From Pristiophorus japonicus (taxonomy: Eukaryota): 64,000 bases of DNA. Positions 37,691-47,786 of the stretch are shown piece after piece (positions within the stretch are counted from its first letter, which is position 1; each line of letters opens with the position of its first letter). A program made the translations under genes and the position numbers. Location: contig NC_091984.1 in the NCBI RefSeq assembly GCF_044704955.1, positions 145,638,001-145,702,000 on the forward strand. Direction: 5' to 3'. The notes under the pieces are model-generated. The model was not told where the DNA came from, made no database searches, and saw only the letters and a program-made list of their open reading frames with translations.

Positions 37691-37828
37691 GTAGGTCAGT
37701 GAGGTCAGGGGCAGTATGTCAGTGAGGTCAGGGGCAGTAGGTCAGTGAGGTCAGGGGCAGTAGGTCAGTGAGCTCAGGGGCAATAGGTCAGTGAGGTCAG
37801 GGGCAACAGGTCAGTGAGGTCTGGGGCC
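37691..37828 (+). repeat. 23-bp minisatellite x6 built from AGGTCA half-sites (DR3)
   Basis: Unit gtAGGTCAgtgAGGTCAggggca; units 1, 3 and 5 are perfect DR3. Confidence 0.92.
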
Positions 37829-37835
37829 AATACGT

Positions 37836-38350
37836 GAGTGAGGGGGGGCGGTGAGAGAGGAGGGGAAGTGAGGGGGAGGGGGGGAGAGAGGAGGGGGAGT
37901 GAGGGGGAGGGGGGTGAGAGAGGAGGGGGGGGAGGAGATGGGGGAGAGACGAGGGGGAGAGAGGCGGGGGAGGGAGGGAAGGGAGGGAGTGGAGGGGGGA
38001 GGGGAAGGGGGAAAGGGGAGGAGGAGGGGGGAGAGAGGGAGTGGGGGGAGAGNNNNNNNNNNNNNNNNNNNNNNNNNNNNNNNNNNNNNNNNNNNNNNNN
38101 NNNNNNNNNNNNNNNNNNNNNNNNNNNNNNNNNNNNNNNNNNNNNNNNNNNNNNNNNNNNNNNNNNNNNNNNNNNNNNNNNNNNNNNNNNNNNNNNNNNN
38201 NNNNNNNNNNNNNNNNNNNNNNGGGGAGAGGGAGAGGGGGGGAGAGGGAGAGGGAGAGGGAGGGGGGAGAGCGGGGGGGAGAGGGTGGGCCGAGCGTCGG
38301 CGGAGGGAGGGAGGGTGGCATGAGCGTCTCCGGGGGGGAGGGAGGGTAGG
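37836..38350 (+). repeat. G/A-rich low-complexity tract containing a 170-N assembly gap (38053-38222)
   Basis: Direct reading of the sequence. Confidence 0.95.
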
Positions 38351-38639
38351 AGGGCCGAGCGTCGGCGGGGGTAGGGAGGCACGAACGTCACCGGGAGGAA
38401 GCCTGTACGTAAGGGCGAGACGTGAAGTTCGGGCCCAAACCTGTGGATGGAGGGGGTTGAGGCTCACAGCCGTTGAGATCACCGGGGATTGTTCGGAGAA
38501 GCTGAGTCGGCCAATGGGGAGTGAGAAATGAGAAGCGTGGGTCCAGCTGGATGGACATGGCAGCAGGCAGGTCGACCTGGAAGGTAGGCTGAGTATGGGG
38601 GATGGACAGTGGGACCTTGTGCACGGGATTTTAGGGCTT

Positions 38640-39972
38640 TAGGGGTAGGTAAAATACTTTCACCGCAGTCAAGTCCACCAAAGGCCCAAGGCCCCACCCC
38701 ACTGCTGGCCAAGAACAGGGAGACACTCACCAAGGACACCAAGGCAGTCAGGACTCACTGGAAGGAGCACTTTGAAGATCTCCTTAATTGAGACTCAGCC
38801 TTAGACACGAGTGTCCTCGGCTCCATTCGCAGCATGCTACCCGCGACCTTCCCAGTAAAATCCCAGCCCTGCACGAGGTTGAAACATAGAAACATTGAAA
38901 ATAGGTGCAGGAGTAGGCAATTTGGCCCTTTGAGCCTGCACCACCATTCAATAAGATCATGGCTGATCATTCACCTCAGTACCCCTTTCCTGCTTTCTCT
39001 CCATACCCATTGATCCCTTTGGCTGTAAGGGCCATATCTAACACCCTCTTGAATATATCCAATGAACTGGTATCAACAACTCTCTGCGGCAGGGAATTCG
39101 ACAGGTAAACAACTCTCTGAGTGAAGAAGTTTCTCCTCATCTCAGCCCGAAATGGCCTACCCCCTATCCTGACTGTGTCCCCTGGTTCTGGACTTCCCTA
39201 ACATTGGGAACATTCTTCCCTGTCCCGTCCCGTCAGAATCTTAAATGTTTCTATGAGATCCCCTCTCATCCTTCTAAACTCCAGTGTATAAAGTCCCAGT
39301 TGATCCAGTCTCCCCTCATATGTCATTTGTCAGCTCAAGAACAACAATGCATCGGGAGCAGATGGAATCGCTGCTGAGGCATTAAAGTATGGCAGAGAGG
39401 CACTATTGGCACAAATGCATAACCTCACCTCTCTCATCTGGAGGGAGGAGAGCATGCCGGGAGATATCCGAGATGCAGTAATCCTGATCCATCTTTGAAA
39501 AAGGGGACAAGTCCGACTGCGGCAACCGCAGAGGAATCTCCCTGTTATCAGCCATTGGGAAAGTCATCGCGAGAATCCTCCTCAACCGTCTTCTCCCTGT
39601 GGTTGAGGAGCTCCTGTCGGAGTCACAATGCGGATTCCGTCCACTACGGGATACAACGGACATGATATTTACGACGCGACAACTGCAAGAGAAAAGCAGG
39701 GAACAGCACCAACCTTGTCCATGGCCTTCTTTGACCTTATAATGGCCTTTGACACTGTTAACCACAAGGGTCTGTGGAGCGTCGTCCTCCGTTTCGGCTG
39801 CCCCCAAAAGTTTGTCGCCATTCTCAGTCTGCTCCACGATGACATGCAGGCTGTGATCCTGACCAATGGATCCATCATAGACCCAATCCACGTCCGGACC
39901 TGGATCAAGCATGGCTGCGTCATCGCGCAAACTCTCTTCTCGATTTTCCTCACTGCAATGCTCCACCTCACA
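38640..39972 (+). mobile_element. RTE-clade LINE RT fragment, interrupted by a CR1 3' end (- 38883-39325)
   Basis: HWKEHFEDLLN; ASGADGIAAE; DMIFTTRQLQEK; AFFDLIMAFDTVN..LRFGCPQKFV; IKHGCVIAQTLFSIF. Confidence 0.85.
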
Positions 39973-39974
39973 CT

Positions 39975-40155
39975 ATTGGGGGACCAATAGGAAGGGGCCA
40001 TGTTTCGTGGTCCCTACAGGAAGGCCAATACAGGAATGAGCCATGTTTCTTGGTCCATATTGGGGAACCAATAGGAAGGATCTATGTTTCCTGGTCCCTA
40101 TTGGGGGACCAATCGGAAGGAGCCATTTTTCCTGGTCCCTATTGGAGGACCAGTG
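39975..40155. repeat. about 36-bp degenerate tandem repeat x about 5 with palindromic core; inverted copy at about 11005-11140
   Basis: ggtccctattgggggaccaataggaaggagccatgtttcct-type units. Confidence 0.75.
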
Positions 40156-40778
40156 GGACATGGAGTCCATGGTCAACGTTGAGTGCGACCCTTCCTGTTG
40201 TAAATGTGGGATCGTTGGCACATGATCCCAGTAAAAACACCCTGACCCGTAGCGGGGCCATGGAAGGAGAAGCAGAGGGGAAGGGATTCGAAGATGTTCT
40301 GAGCGGAGAGGTTGGGGCAGTGGATCAGACCCTGTCCAGTCGCTTCAGCTCACACTGATGGGGTGAGGATCTCCTTGCTCTGCTGGGCCTTCATGAAATG
40401 TGCTTTCTGTCCAAACCGGTCCCCACTGAGAAGAGGCCCACAGCACAGAACGGCTCTTAATTGGGCAATAAGCAGCCAGTGTAATGAGAGAGGCCAAGGG
40501 ATGGACATTGTGGAGAATAGGCCCTGACTCCAGGAGAAGGCATGGTCTGGGGTCAAGGGTTAATTGCTGGGGCAGGGCACAGGGAGGTTTACTCTGCAGT
40601 TCAGTGTGCTGCACCTGGGAGTCTGTGGGGGAGGGACAGGGAGCGAGAGAGAGGCTGTGAATCAGAGTCAGAGAGGTGTAGAGAGAAGCTGTGAGACAGA
40701 GGGCGATGAAGGCTGAGACAGACAGACAGACAGAGAGACAGAGACAGGGAGATGGAGTGCGGGAGGGAGAGAAGAGGA

Positions 40779-40873
40779 GGAAGTGAAATGTGCTGACGTT
40801 GCTTTCTCTGGGTGAAGATATTTACATACTGAGGGATGGGCAGTGAGGCTCTCACAGGCTGCAGGTTTATAAA
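40779..40873 (+). promoter_or_regulatory. Ig light-chain V promoter
   Basis: EICE GGAAGTGAAA 40779-40788, TGACG half-site, variant octamer ATTTACAT 40820-40827, TATAAA 40868-40873, 60-150 nt upstream of the ATG. Confidence 0.7.
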
Positions 40874-40932
40874 GCAGAGCCCAGTGAAGGGCAGTTTATC
40901 AGTAAGCAGGCACAGGGACAGGAGCAGACACC

Positions 40933-40981
40933 ATGATTTCACCCATCCAGCTGATCTGGCCTCTGGCATTCTGCGTCGCAG
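40933..40981 (+). CDS. IGKV: Ig light chain (kappa/NS4-like) leader exon
   Basis: ATG..MISPIQLIWPLAFCVA G|gt; 49-nt phase-1 exon; GT-AG intron 40982-41161. Confidence 0.93.
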
Positions 40982-41161
40982 GTACCAATCTTTCTCCTTC
41001 CACGTTTAATATCTCCCTGCTGTCGATTCTTTCCAACTCTACTGACCAGTGATTGAAGGGCAAATGCTGACACTAGAGGAGAGCTCAGTGTCTCGAGCAA
41101 TCTGTCATTTTACAGCGTCTTTCTGTGACAGTGCTTACTTCAATTTTTTTCCCCATTTCAG

Positions 41162-41459
41162 GTATCAGTGGGGACATCATCATGACCCAGTCTCCCCCGG
41201 TGCTGTCAGTGAGTGAGGGACAGACTGCAAAGATCACCTGTACTGCCAGTGCATACATTGGTGTTGCCCTTGCTTGGTACCAGCAGAAAGCCGGGCAGAA
41301 ACCCTCTCTGCTGATCTATGCGGCAACATCTCGTTTCACTGGAACCTCCAATCGCTTCACCGGCAGTTACCAGTCCAACACGTTCACCCTGAGCATCAGC
41401 AACGTGCAGAGCGAGGATGTCGCAAACTATTACTGTCAGCAAGGGGAAAGCTCCCTCTA
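41162..41459 (+). CDS. IGKV: Ig light chain V exon (kappa type), open and germline
   Basis: (G)ISG-DIIMTQSPPVLSVSEGQTAKITC..WYQQKAGQKPSLLIY..FTLSISNVQSEDVANYYCQQ; conserved Cys, Trp and YYC. Confidence 0.96.
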
Positions 41460-41487
41460 CACTGTGATACACAGCCGGACAAAAACC
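41460..41487 (+). other. V recombination signal sequence, 12-bp spacer
   Basis: CACTGTG-atacacagccgg-ACAAAAACC. Confidence 0.95.
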
Positions 41488-41884
41488 TCAATATACACAG
41501 GCCCACCTCCTGTATTGACTCACCCCACAGTTATATATAATATATAATAATGGACACACAGCCCCACCTCCTGTACGGTTTTACACATGACTGACACAGC
41601 TCGATGGGAGTGATGGCAGGAATATTCAGCTGGAAGCTGCAGTGAATTGGGAAAGGATGGAGTGGGTCAGAGAGGAGTTGGGGCTGTGTCTTCATCACTG
41701 ACAATCTCACAGCTCTACTCTGTACATTCAGACAGCACGGAGACACTGGGTGGTCCTGTGTGCTCAATCCAAATAATCTCACAAACCTCCCACTATTGAG
41801 AGGGCCACAACTTATAAAACCCAAAGCATAAACATGAAAGGAAAGTGAACAAGTGAAATGTTCGTGCTCTTTCCCTGCCCACCC

Positions 41885-42475
41885 CACACTCCAGGCCCTG
41901 CGGTGCCCAGCCGTCGCAGAGGCCTCAGGCCTGTCCCCATGGCCAGCTGGATGTGGACAAAGCATCTGAAGGGAGGGAGACAGGCAGACAGTGCAATCAC
42001 CCCATGGGCCCTGTGGATGGCCACCTTGGCCCGATCCAGGAGCAGGCCCACGGGGAGGCCCTTCGACCTGTCCGATTCCCCTACACCGCGTGACCAGGCC
42101 CAGGAGCGTGGGACTGAAGTGGAGCCAGAAATCGAGGAGCAGCCCCTTCAAATAGTGGAAGAGGGGCTGCATCCTCTCACACTCCACATACACACGGGTC
42201 ACGGACTGAGGAAACAGGTTTCTAAAGCCCCTGAAACTCGTTATTTTATAATGATCCCGAGGAAGGCCTGTGTCAGCAACACAAACATCTCGCTTGCAGA
42301 CGGAGCCCGTTGTTCAAGGGGCACAAAGAGGTGAGCCCTATGTGATGGGGACTTTCATTCTCCAGCAATTCCGTGGCCCCAGGGTTACCGTCTGATGGGG
42401 CGGGAAGGGCAGCTGGGAGATTTCTCCCAAACACGTCGGATCCCCAACTCTCCCGGGCACTGCCACAGGAAACTC
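41885..42475 (-). mobile_element. Tx1/L1-like LINE fragment between V and J
   Basis: VECERMQPLFHYLKGLLLDFWLHFSPTLL..GLLLDRAKVAIHR. Confidence 0.65.
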
Positions 42476-42479
42476 GTCA

Positions 42480-42740
42480 CAGAGAGAGAGGGAGGGAGTG
42501 AGTGAGGGACAGGGAAAGAGAGTGAGTGAGGGACGGAGTGAGGCAGAGTGAGTGAGTGAGTGAGGGAGGTGGAGGGGAGAGGGAGGGAGTGAGAGAGGCA
42601 ATCAGAGAGAGAAACAGAATGAGAGAGAGAGAGAAAAAGTGAGGGAGAGTGAGACACTGAAAAAGACACAGACACACACACACAGACACAGACACAGACA
42701 CTCACACACAGACAGAAAGAGGGGGAGAGAGACTGAGTGA
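42480..42740 (+). repeat. compound (GA/GAGT/CAGACA)n microsatellite next to the J-RSS
   Basis: Direct reading of the sequence. Confidence 0.85.
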
Positions 42741-42752
42741 GCCAGGGACGGA

Positions 42753-42791
42753 GGATATTGTACAGCAACTGCACTGGAAGCTGTCACTGTG
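42753..42791 (-). other. J recombination signal sequence, 23-bp spacer, degenerate nonamer
   Basis: GGATATTGT (42753-42761) - 23 nt - CACTGTG (42785-42791). Confidence 0.9.
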
Positions 42792-42826
42792 GCTCACTTT
42801 CAGTAAAGGAACCAAGCTCAGACTGA
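42792..42826 (+). CDS. IGKJ: Ig light chain J segment (kappa type)
   Basis: LTFSKGTKLRL followed by donor GTAAGT at 42827; FGxG altered to FSKG. Confidence 0.92.
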
Positions 42827-42944
42827 GTAAGTAAACCCCAATGTTCCATTATTAACACTTTAAATACTGAATCTTTCTAAGACACAAATGCTGAATATGC
42901 GAAGGTGTTAGTTTACAAATGATTACACTCGATCCTCCCGTCTT

Positions 42945-43350
42945 TCCTCATCTAAATCTATCAGCATAACCCTCTATTCCCTTCTCCCTCATATCCCTGT
43001 CTAGCCTCCCCTTAAATACATTGATACTATTCACTTCAATCACTCCCTGTGGTAGCCAGTTCCACATTCTCACCACTTGCTGGGTAAAGAATTTTCTCCT
43101 GAATTCCCAATTGGATTTCTTGCTGACTATCTCATATTGATGGCCTCTAGTTCTGCTCTTCCCCACAAGTGGAAACACTCTCTCTGTATCCACTCTATCA
43201 AAACCTTTCCGAATGTTAAAGACCTCGATCAGGTCACCCCTCAGCCTCAAGAGAAAAGAGCCCCAGCCTGTTCATCCTTTCCTGATATGTGTACCCTCGC
43301 CTTTCTGGTCCCATCCTTGTAAACCTTCTCTGCACCCTCTCCAGTGCCTG
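42945..43350 (-). mobile_element. CR1 3' fragment
   Basis: RLRGDLIEVFNI..FFTQQVVRMWNWLP. Confidence 0.8.
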
Positions 43351-45453
43351 TGTATGGGTTATATAATATGGTGGGGAGCTGCGGTGAATGAAAGGGTTAA
43401 TTGAAGAGTGCTGTGTATGACAGGGAGCCCGGCTGTATTCCTTTACCCACACTCCCCCTTCACCCAGCAAAGTATAAGTAACGAACTGTTACCCACCGTA
43501 TGGAGGAGATCTGGACGTTGGCACACTGCGGTCCCATCCCTGCACCATCCCCGGAAATCGCTCCCAAGCCTCCTGCCTGTCTCAGTGTGACAGACACGGT
43601 GTGTGAGACACGGTCAGAGTGTGGGTGTGAGTGAGTGAGCTCGCTGGGGGCAGTCTGTGCTCCTGTCACAGTCTCTGATATAACTGAGCTCAGCCTCAGC
43701 ACACTGACACTCCCGAGGTCCTGCCTCCCCCAGCTCCAACTCTGATCTTTCCAGCCCCCGCTCACCTCCTGTCCAACTTCTGATCGCAAACAGGGGCAGC
43801 AGGGCTCGCAATCCGGCGGCTGCAGTGCTCCAGGGTTGTGGGGAGACTCTCAGTTGCGGTTTCTGTGGCTCGAGTTCAGGCCGATATTTATCCCTCAACC
43901 TACATCGCTTAAACATAAAAACATAGAAAATAGGAGCAGTAGTAGGCCATTCGGCCCTTCGAGTCTGCACCACCATTCAATATAATCATGGCTGTTCCTC
44001 TATCTCAACACCATATTCCCGCTTTTTCCCCATACCCCTTGATGCCTTTTTGTTTCTAGAAATCCATCTATCTGCCTCTTAAATATATTCAGTGACTTGG
44101 CCTCCACAGCCTTCTGTGGTAGAGAATTCCACAGGTTCACCATCCTCTGAGTGAAGACATTTCTCCTCATCTCATTTGTAAATTTCCTACCTCGTATCCT
44201 GAGACTGTGACTCCTTGTTCTAGACTTCCCAGCCCGGGAAACCATCCTCCCCACATCCAGTCTGTCCAAACCAGTTAGAATTTTATACGTTTCAATGAGA
44301 TCATCTCTCACTCTTCTAAACTCTAGTGTATACAGACCTAATCGATCCAATCTCTCGTCATACGACAGTCCTGCCCATCTCAGGAATCAGTCTGGTGAAC
44401 CTTCGCTGCACTCCGTCTATGGCAAGTATATCCTTTCTTAGGTAAGTAGACCAAAACTGTACACAATACTCCAGGTGCGGTATCACCAAGGCCCTGTCAT
44501 AAGACATCCTTGCTCCTGTACTCAAATCCTCTTGCAATGAAGGCCAACATACTATTTGCCTTCTTAACTACTTGCTGCACCTGTATGTTTGCTTTCACTG
44601 ACTGGTGTACAAGGACACCCAGGTCCCTCTGTCCATCGACACTTCCCAAGTTATCACCATTTAAATAATACTTTGTCCTTATGTTTTTACTACCAAAGTG
44701 AGTAACTTCACATTTATCCACAATATGTTACATCTGCCATGTGTTTGCTCACTCACTCAACCTATCTAAATCGCCTTGCAGTGTCTTTGCATCCTCCACA
44801 CAACTCACAATCCCACCTAATTTTGTGTCGTCAGCAGACTTGGAAATATAACATTTGGTTCCCTCATCCAAATCATTTATTTATATATATATATATATAT
44901 ATTGTAATAGCTGGGGCCCAAGCACTGATCCCTGTGGTACCCCACTCGTCACTGCCCGCCACCCTGAAACACACCCATTTATTCCGACTGTTTCCTGTCA
45001 GTTAACCAATTTTCAATCCATGCCAATACATTACCCACAATCCTATGTGCTTTAATTTTGCACACTAACCTCTTATGTGGGATTTTTATCAAAGGGCTTC
45101 TGAAAATCCAAATACACTACATCCACTGGTTATCCCTTATCTATTCTGTTAGTTGCATCCTCCAAAAACTCCAATAGATTTGTCAAACGTGAATTTCCTT
45201 TCATAAATCCATGTTGATTTTGTTTAATCCCGTTGATATTATCTAAGTGTGCCGTTATCACATCCTTTATAATAGACTCTAGCATCTTCCCTACTACTGA
45301 TGTCAGGATAACCGGTCTGTAATTCCCCGTTTTCTCTCTCCCTCCTTTTTTTAAGTAGTGGGGTTACATTTGCCACCCTACAATCTGCAGGAACTGTTCC
45401 ATAATCTTTAGAATTTTGAAAGATGACAACCAATGCATCTACTATTTCCATGG

Positions 45454-45996
45454 TGTGGAAGAACTTTAGTTCACGATATAGGAAGGGGTTAAATTTCTCT
45501 CTTCCTTTTAGTAAGTTTAATTCTGTGCTGAGACTGCAGAATCCTGCAAGGCCAGAAAATACTTGATGTCTCTTCTTTGTTAGAAAAGAACAGATAACAT
45601 GAAAGCTGTACATCTGGTATTTGTATATGTTAAGATACCCCCATTGCCTGGACAAACTGATTTCTCTGATAAGAGGGGCTTTTAGTGATGATCTTGCTGA
45701 CCCTCGAAAAGATTGAATAATGACGTGACAAGATACTGTTGGGCTGTGTAAACTGACCTTTGTGCCCTGTTTAGAATTGGTAATGTTCCTGAATAATGTA
45801 GGTGTCAATTGTAGAGATAAAATTCCTTTTTTTCTGTATAAAGATGGAACAAGTTTCTATAGAATTTCAGAGTATTGCCTTGATAAGGACCAAGCATCTC
45901 TCCGAGATATCTCGCCTGTACATATTAAAAGAATCTCTTGAAGCAAGACTCTGAAATCTCCGCTTGAGTTACTTTAACTTAGAAATTTCCTCGACA
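45454..45996 (+). repeat. ERV-B 5' LTR
   Basis: TG..CA; TATAAA 45837, ATTAAA 45924; one A/G difference from the 3' LTR seen by eye (tgAtaagg vs tgGtaagg). Confidence 0.97.
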
Positions 45997-46001
45997 GTTT
46001 C

Positions 46002-46019
46002 TGGCGTAGTCTGCAGGAC
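46002..46019 (+). promoter_or_regulatory. ERV-B primer-binding site, tRNA-Ser(AGA/TGA)-type
   Basis: TGGCGTAGTCTGCAGGAC vs TGGCGTAGTCGGCAGGAT. Confidence 0.8.
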
Positions 46020-46348
46020 CTCTGATAACGAGATCCCAAACGAACAAGTTTAAAAGTAAAAATTGGCTTAAAAGAAAAAGAGGAATTTTAAAAGGATTTT
46101 CCCAGCTTAAGGGGGAAAGTGCCTAGGCTGTCCTAGAAAAGGGGGCAAGCCGCCGAGATCCCGGAAGGGTGAGGCATAGGGTAGCTACCGTAAGAAGCTA
46201 AAATAACAAGAAAGCTAAAGGAGACCCGAGCTGAGCCGAAAAGAGACACCGGTGAGCGCTTTGTAAATACTGTGTGTGTATATATTTTTGTGGGCGTGTC
46301 TTAACCTCTCGTTTCAGGAAACACCGCGAGAAACTGCACCCGGAGAGA

Positions 46349-47786
46349 ATGGGAAACAGCTCTAGTCGAGCAGGATGCTTGCGTCCAGTTCCTAGAAAAG
46401 GGAAGAAAACCGACCCTCCAACTAAAAGAATGAGTATGCAGCGTAAAACTGAAAAAAGGATTCGTAAGGTAGTAAAGCAACGAGAGAAGGTAGGAGATCC
46501 AATTGTGCCACCCGGCTCGCCGGCGGACACTGTAATTAAAGAAACAGGAGATGACCGATACGCGGTAACATTTAGTAGCGATTTATATGGTTGGTCTGAT
46601 GGGGACTGGCCATATGGAGGAAGTTTTAAATTGTCTTTAATCGAAGAATGGAGGAAAATAACTAAGGAAGGGGGAGGAGACCCTACTTGGGACAAAGATT
46701 ATATGGATAAATGTTTTATTAAATGGCTAGAGGTTGCAAAAAGACATCAGCCTCCGAAAGTAAAAATATCAGAGAATAAATCAGGAGAGAAAGAAAGGGG
46801 GAGCCAATCTGAGAGCTGGTATGGTCCTAAGGTCACAAACAACCCCAGCTCAGGCAGAAGCCGACTCTACCCTCCTCCTCCAAAATCCCCGAGTAATGAT
46901 AGGAACCACAGCGGTTTTAAAACCCTGGTCTCCGGGAGAGGCCAGAGATATGATCTCTGCAGCCCCAAACCCGGTAAAGAAACCTGTTGCATTTCATAAC
47001 TGGCTTGAGCAGACCTGTACAATTTATAATCCGCTACCAGGGGATGTTAAACTATTATTACAAGCAGCGTACGGATCTTCCTGGCAGGGAGTAAAAGATA
47101 TGTTCCATATCCCGCCCGGAGAAGAAGGGGATTGGAGAGCTAATAATGATTTGCTAAATGAAGGAAACGAATCTTTAACACACTGGCTACAGAATAGAGG
47201 ACGGAATGCAATTCTACAAGGGGCTAGACAACATGGGGATATAGGGGAGGTTACTCGCTGTTTGCAGAAAGCGGAAGAATCAATGATAGATTTCGCAGCC
47301 AGGTGGAAAAATAGCTGGGAGGAGTATGCAGGAATACCCTTAGATACGAATGAACCTTTAGCAGTACAAACACTGCTGAACTGCATGTTACCACAGCATG
47401 CAAAGACCTACAAAATTAAAGTTTTAGATTGGCAAGGAAAAACCTGGAAAGAGACAGTCACTGTCTTGGCAAACATGGACAGGGAGGGATTGTTCAATTA
47501 CGTAAGTAAAACCAAAGCAACAGGTCAATATTACCAGCAGAGAGGCGGAGGGCAGGCGCAGAATCGAGGGGGATTTAGGGGTGGAGGAAGAGGAAGAGGA
47601 CAGTGGTCACAGCGAGATCGCTCTCAAGATGAGTGTAGAAATTGTGGAAGAATAGGGCATTGGGCTCGCGACTGTAGATGCCCGCCCAAACAGAATAGAG
47701 GGTCGCAAGGGAACTTTTCCGAACCTCCACCTCCACCAGCCCCTCAATTTTCCTTTTCTAACCCCAATCCGTATCAATCAGCATAG
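46349..47786 (+). pseudogene. gag: ERV-B gag, with one frameshift near 46880
   Basis: MGNSSS myristoylation motif, LYPPPP, CA (KPWSPGE; CLQKAEESMIDFAARW), RGG-rich stretch, CRNCGRIGHWARDC knuckle; ends in TAG. Confidence 0.9.

Noticed and set aside
37774-38531. Long Pro- or Gly-rich ORFs
   Set aside because: Artefacts of the G/A tract and the 170-N gap.
41599-41620. Similarity of tcgatgggagtgatggcag to the 44-bp repeat unit
   Set aside because: Under 20 nt with mismatches and no flanking homology; could be chance.
43660-43730. SLSTLTLP resembling an Ig C-domain strand
   Set aside because: In-frame stop immediately upstream and no Cys/Trp/Cys framework or acceptor; not a C exon.
45239-45808. 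Antisense ORF repeated in both ERV-B LTRs (also 52069-52524)
   Set aside because: Non-ATG start, runs out into unrelated flanks and has no recognisable domain; identity only reflects LTR identity.
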